64,000 nucleotides of DNA. Origin: Takakia lepidozioides. Taxonomy: Eukaryota; Plantae; Bryophyta. The notes below the pieces were generated by a model. The model made no database searches. It saw only the letters and a list, made by a program, of their open reading frames with translations, and was not told where the DNA came from. Of the stretch, positions 61,017 through 64,000 are shown one piece after another; positions within the stretch are counted from its first letter, which is position 1, and each line of letters starts with the position of its first letter. Both the position numbers and the translations under genes were made by a program. Location: NCBI GenBank assembly GCA_030704615.1, contig CM060732.1, positions 69,812,001-69,876,000 of the forward strand, in the 5' to 3' direction.

Positions 61017-63916
61017 CTAGCGCCTGGATCTTAATTTTGGCCGGCTTTGGAGCTGTCTCACTGGTTCTTGGGGGGTGTCCATGGAACTTTTTGAGGCCTG
61101 TGCAACAGGCTGATCCGCCTCATCAGAATCTGCCGTGTCAATGTCTGCATCTTCCTCCTCTTCTTCAGCATCATTGCCATCATAATTGTCTCTGGCTAGA
61201 ATTCTCCAGAGTGTACCACAAACTGGGCAAACTTTGCGGGCCTGCCACCAACTGCCTATCTCAAGTAAGGCCTTTGGAACAGTCCTTCTCTGTCCCCTAT
61301 CCAAGTCCGCGACTGTGCAAAGGATTTTTTAGTCAACAGGCTGTGGATCTATAAAGTACAGTCTACCTGTATGCACAAGAGTAAATTTCATTCTGCAAGT
61401 TTGGCATGGTTCAACCTTCCTGAAACACCTGAAGTAGAAACGTAAAGGTAAAGCAGAAAGGTAAAGCAAGACCTGTGGTATGGAAAATTTTCGAGGCAGA
61501 CAGTAGCTGTGCATACGTACATTGCAATTTGCATTCCGGCAAGGCTGTGCCTGTCACCCATCAGTCATCCACAGACAACTAAAACACCATTGGGAAATAG
61601 CACACCATTTCAGAACAAACAAGGTGGTTTTCCGTTTGACAGTCCAATCTCCAGAGATCAGCTCTTCAATCTTCCAAGAAATCTAGCCTATCCAGCCCAG
61701 CAGTTCTCAAGAAACTCTCAACTAACTTCCTGTGACACTACAGGGTTGAAGTTAATACTATAAAGCTAGAGACAACACACTCACACACCTTAATCCCAGC
61801 CTCGTTGCACACATCGCAGATGGGAACATCAAAGTCTCTGAACATACTGCGAAGCTCTAGGAAGGCCCTTACTCCCAGGCCTACCGATCCATTAGCTGTG
61901 CGGGTCAACCAACGATCCAAGATCAAGCTTGCTAGGGTCTCCTCCTTGGCACCCAGTGAAAGACGCACCGAAACTGCTGCTTGGCTGCTGGATGCCCCTT
62001 GTGTCTCTTGCTCTACCTAAACAGACTCAATTTTTGTCACCAAACCACAAGCTTCTCTACCTCACATGTGACCAGAGGCAATGAGCAGAAAGAGAAATTA
62101 TGAAGTTTGTCGCAAAATCCAGCAAAATACTACCACAACACTTTGATAAACAATAATAACTAAATGAATTTACCTAGGACTCTTGTGTCTTGACGCTAAG
62201 CTAGTCACATATTAGATTACGACACAAAGTACCCCACCAACTTAGAAAGGGTCGTTTATCACACACAGAGAAGGAAGAGGGATAAAAGAGAACCTGACTG
62301 TTGAGACGCAGATTTAAGGCGTCCATGTTGGATATGACCCCCAACCCCGTGGTATCTTGTAGTATGGTCACAACCTAAACTATCCATGCCCCAAGTCCTT
62401 TCTCACATTAGCAAACTCACCCACATGTTGCCCAGAACAGAAATCATTGTGGGAACAAACACCCCAAACCGTAGGACTTACCGTACATGGTTTTATTAAT
62501 TAGCATAGTGCTGCCATCATGAACATGAACCCAAAGACCTCAATGCCATGTTACTCACAGGAAGAGCTTTGATAGAGCAGCCAGAACTTTTAACACAAGA
62601 AAAATATAGACAATTCAGTTTTTATTAGCATATGATGCAGTGAGTAATGAACTATGTAAGTTGACAAGCAGAACTCACAATAGCTTTGAAGAAGGTAATC
62701 TGTGCATGGGTATAGCAAGTTCCCAGTTTTGCTTGCTCGCTGGCCAGCTTATTGACAATGCCATAGTACACCATCCCATCATATTGATTTGCACTGTCTT
62801 TCACCTCCATTTGCACAAAGTCTAGAGCCTTGTTCAATGTTGCTATAAAATCAAAGAAACCATCTTCACAGGACCCACACCCACAAAATTCAGCCAAGAT
62901 AGTAGAAAATTGTTGATCGTCCTAATGATATATCCATGTGTGCTACTACTACTACTACTACTGCGAACAGACATTTGCCTAGTTGAATTCCTTACAGTCA
63001 AGTCACAGAAAGGTTTCGGGATTCATTTTACTGATTTAAGTTGTTGCAGGACAAGCTAACTAAATATCTGGAGCTCTCTCATCAAAGAAAGCAGGCATCA
63101 GGCTGCTGGGTTAATCAAAGACAAAGAGGAACATACAGCCAGAACGCCCTTTGACACACTAGAAACATAAATCAACTCCATAGACATAACATCATCTGTC
63201 CCAAAAACGGGGTCCTTATTCCTTTCACCTTATCTATCTCCCATGTATTGTCACAACAGTATGCATTGGCATCCACCATTTTTACCGAACAGCTGAGTAA
63301 AGTTGACGAATCCAAGTCATGTAGACTCATGAGCACTATTGAATAAAACCGAGCACTCCTCCCTGGATTGGTGAAGTACAATGAAGTCGTTGGCATATCT
63401 AACCAGTATCGAAGTTGGTTCTTGGGGTGTGCTTTCAGTGCACACTCCCCCAAAGCTGTCTCCATCCCATGGAGAGCAATGTTGGCTAGCAGTGGGGAGA
63501 TGACACCACAGGTGCCCATATTACTACTGGGGATTATTCCCCAATCCGGTCATGCTGTCGGCTTTCAGCCAGGTTTTGACCTGTCTGGCTAGACTGGGCA
63601 GAGTTTTAAGTTTGTCTAAGAGGGCTTCGTAGTTGATGCGATCGCAGCAAACTCAGAACAAAATCCACCAGCTCGTGACATACTGTGAAATCGATAATAT
63701 CATACATCAACTGTATTCAGATAAAACCAAACATGCATGCGGCATAAATCCTCCGTGGAATTCGAACAGAAGCAAAAGCGAAGGAAGGCGCTGGAGCATA
63801 CCACTCTCGGATTGAAAAAGAGCTCTGAACATATTCTTGGAGTCTTTTTCAGGCAATGGGCCGCGGGTCATTAGAGCCTGTATGAAAGTGTGGTGTCTCT
63901 CGTCCAGTCCCACCAT
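61017..63916 (-). CDS. NSE1: NSE1, RING subunit of the SMC5/6 complex, 303 aa, 6 exons
   Basis: Exons 63802-63916, 62679-62863, 62294-62374, 61789-62016, 61473-61550, 61017-61241 (912 nt, phases consistent). Motifs HHTFIQALMTRGPL, NQYDGMVYYGIVN..A...AKLGT, VGLGVRAFLEL, and RING-like CDVC...C...C..RMH.YC...CPVC, followed by an acidic/basic tail. Confidence 0.93.
63350..63643 (-). pseudogene. Group II intron reverse transcriptase/maturase fragment (RT3 to RT5), frameshifted, inside NSE1 intron 1
   Basis: Three successive frames read DRINYEALLDKLKTLPSLARQVKTWLKADSM / GTCGVISPLLANIALHGME / ILVRYANDFIVLHQS. These match the group II intron IEP motifs FD.I.H..L..., GTPQGGVISPLLANIALHG and LVRYADDFVV. 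Confidence 0.88.
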
Positions 63917-64000
63917 TGCTACGCCCAGCACCCGGCTATGACATGGAACCTCTCGATTTTTCAAAATTTCCACTTTCTTCCCAAACCTCCTTGTAGGTTC

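Noticed and set aside
61365-61430. Possible alternative NSE1 exon (VEPCQTCRMKF)
   Set aside because: It lacks the His/Cys ligands supplied by exon 61473-61550, and the similarity is too weak.

Overview
Nuclear DNA of a non-seed land plant, most likely a moss (inferred from the moss-like GRAS domain of the DELLA and the compact intron-exon structure). There are six intact protein-coding genes: SNF7/VPS32 (ESCRT-III, 6 coding exons, - strand), an intronless DELLA (+), two tandem intronless SAUR genes (+), AP-4 beta-adaptin (10 exons, -) and NSE1 of the SMC5/6 complex (6 exons, -). A tRNA-Gly(TCC) gene lies just upstream of the DELLA locus. The first ~14 kb is a nest of decayed transposons: hAT, a Ty3/gypsy element with an internal gag inversion, CACTA pieces, a LINE fragment and a stray PPR-DYW fragment. 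The intergenic DNA holds many MITEs with readable TIRs and TSDs (Tc1/mariner-, Mutator- and Harbinger-type) and a CRE-like non-LTR remnant. The most unusual observations are: (1) a decayed bacterial/cyanobacterial-type group II intron reverse-transcriptase fragment inside spliceosomal intron 1 of NSE1; (2) a DELLA that keeps the DELLA and VHYNP motifs but lacks the LExLE motif, with uORFs including a TAATG stop-start overlap; (3) an internally deleted DYW deaminase fragment inside a CACTA-bounded insertion. No complete novel multi-gene system can be demonstrated from sequence alone. All family assignments are by motif recognition, not database search.
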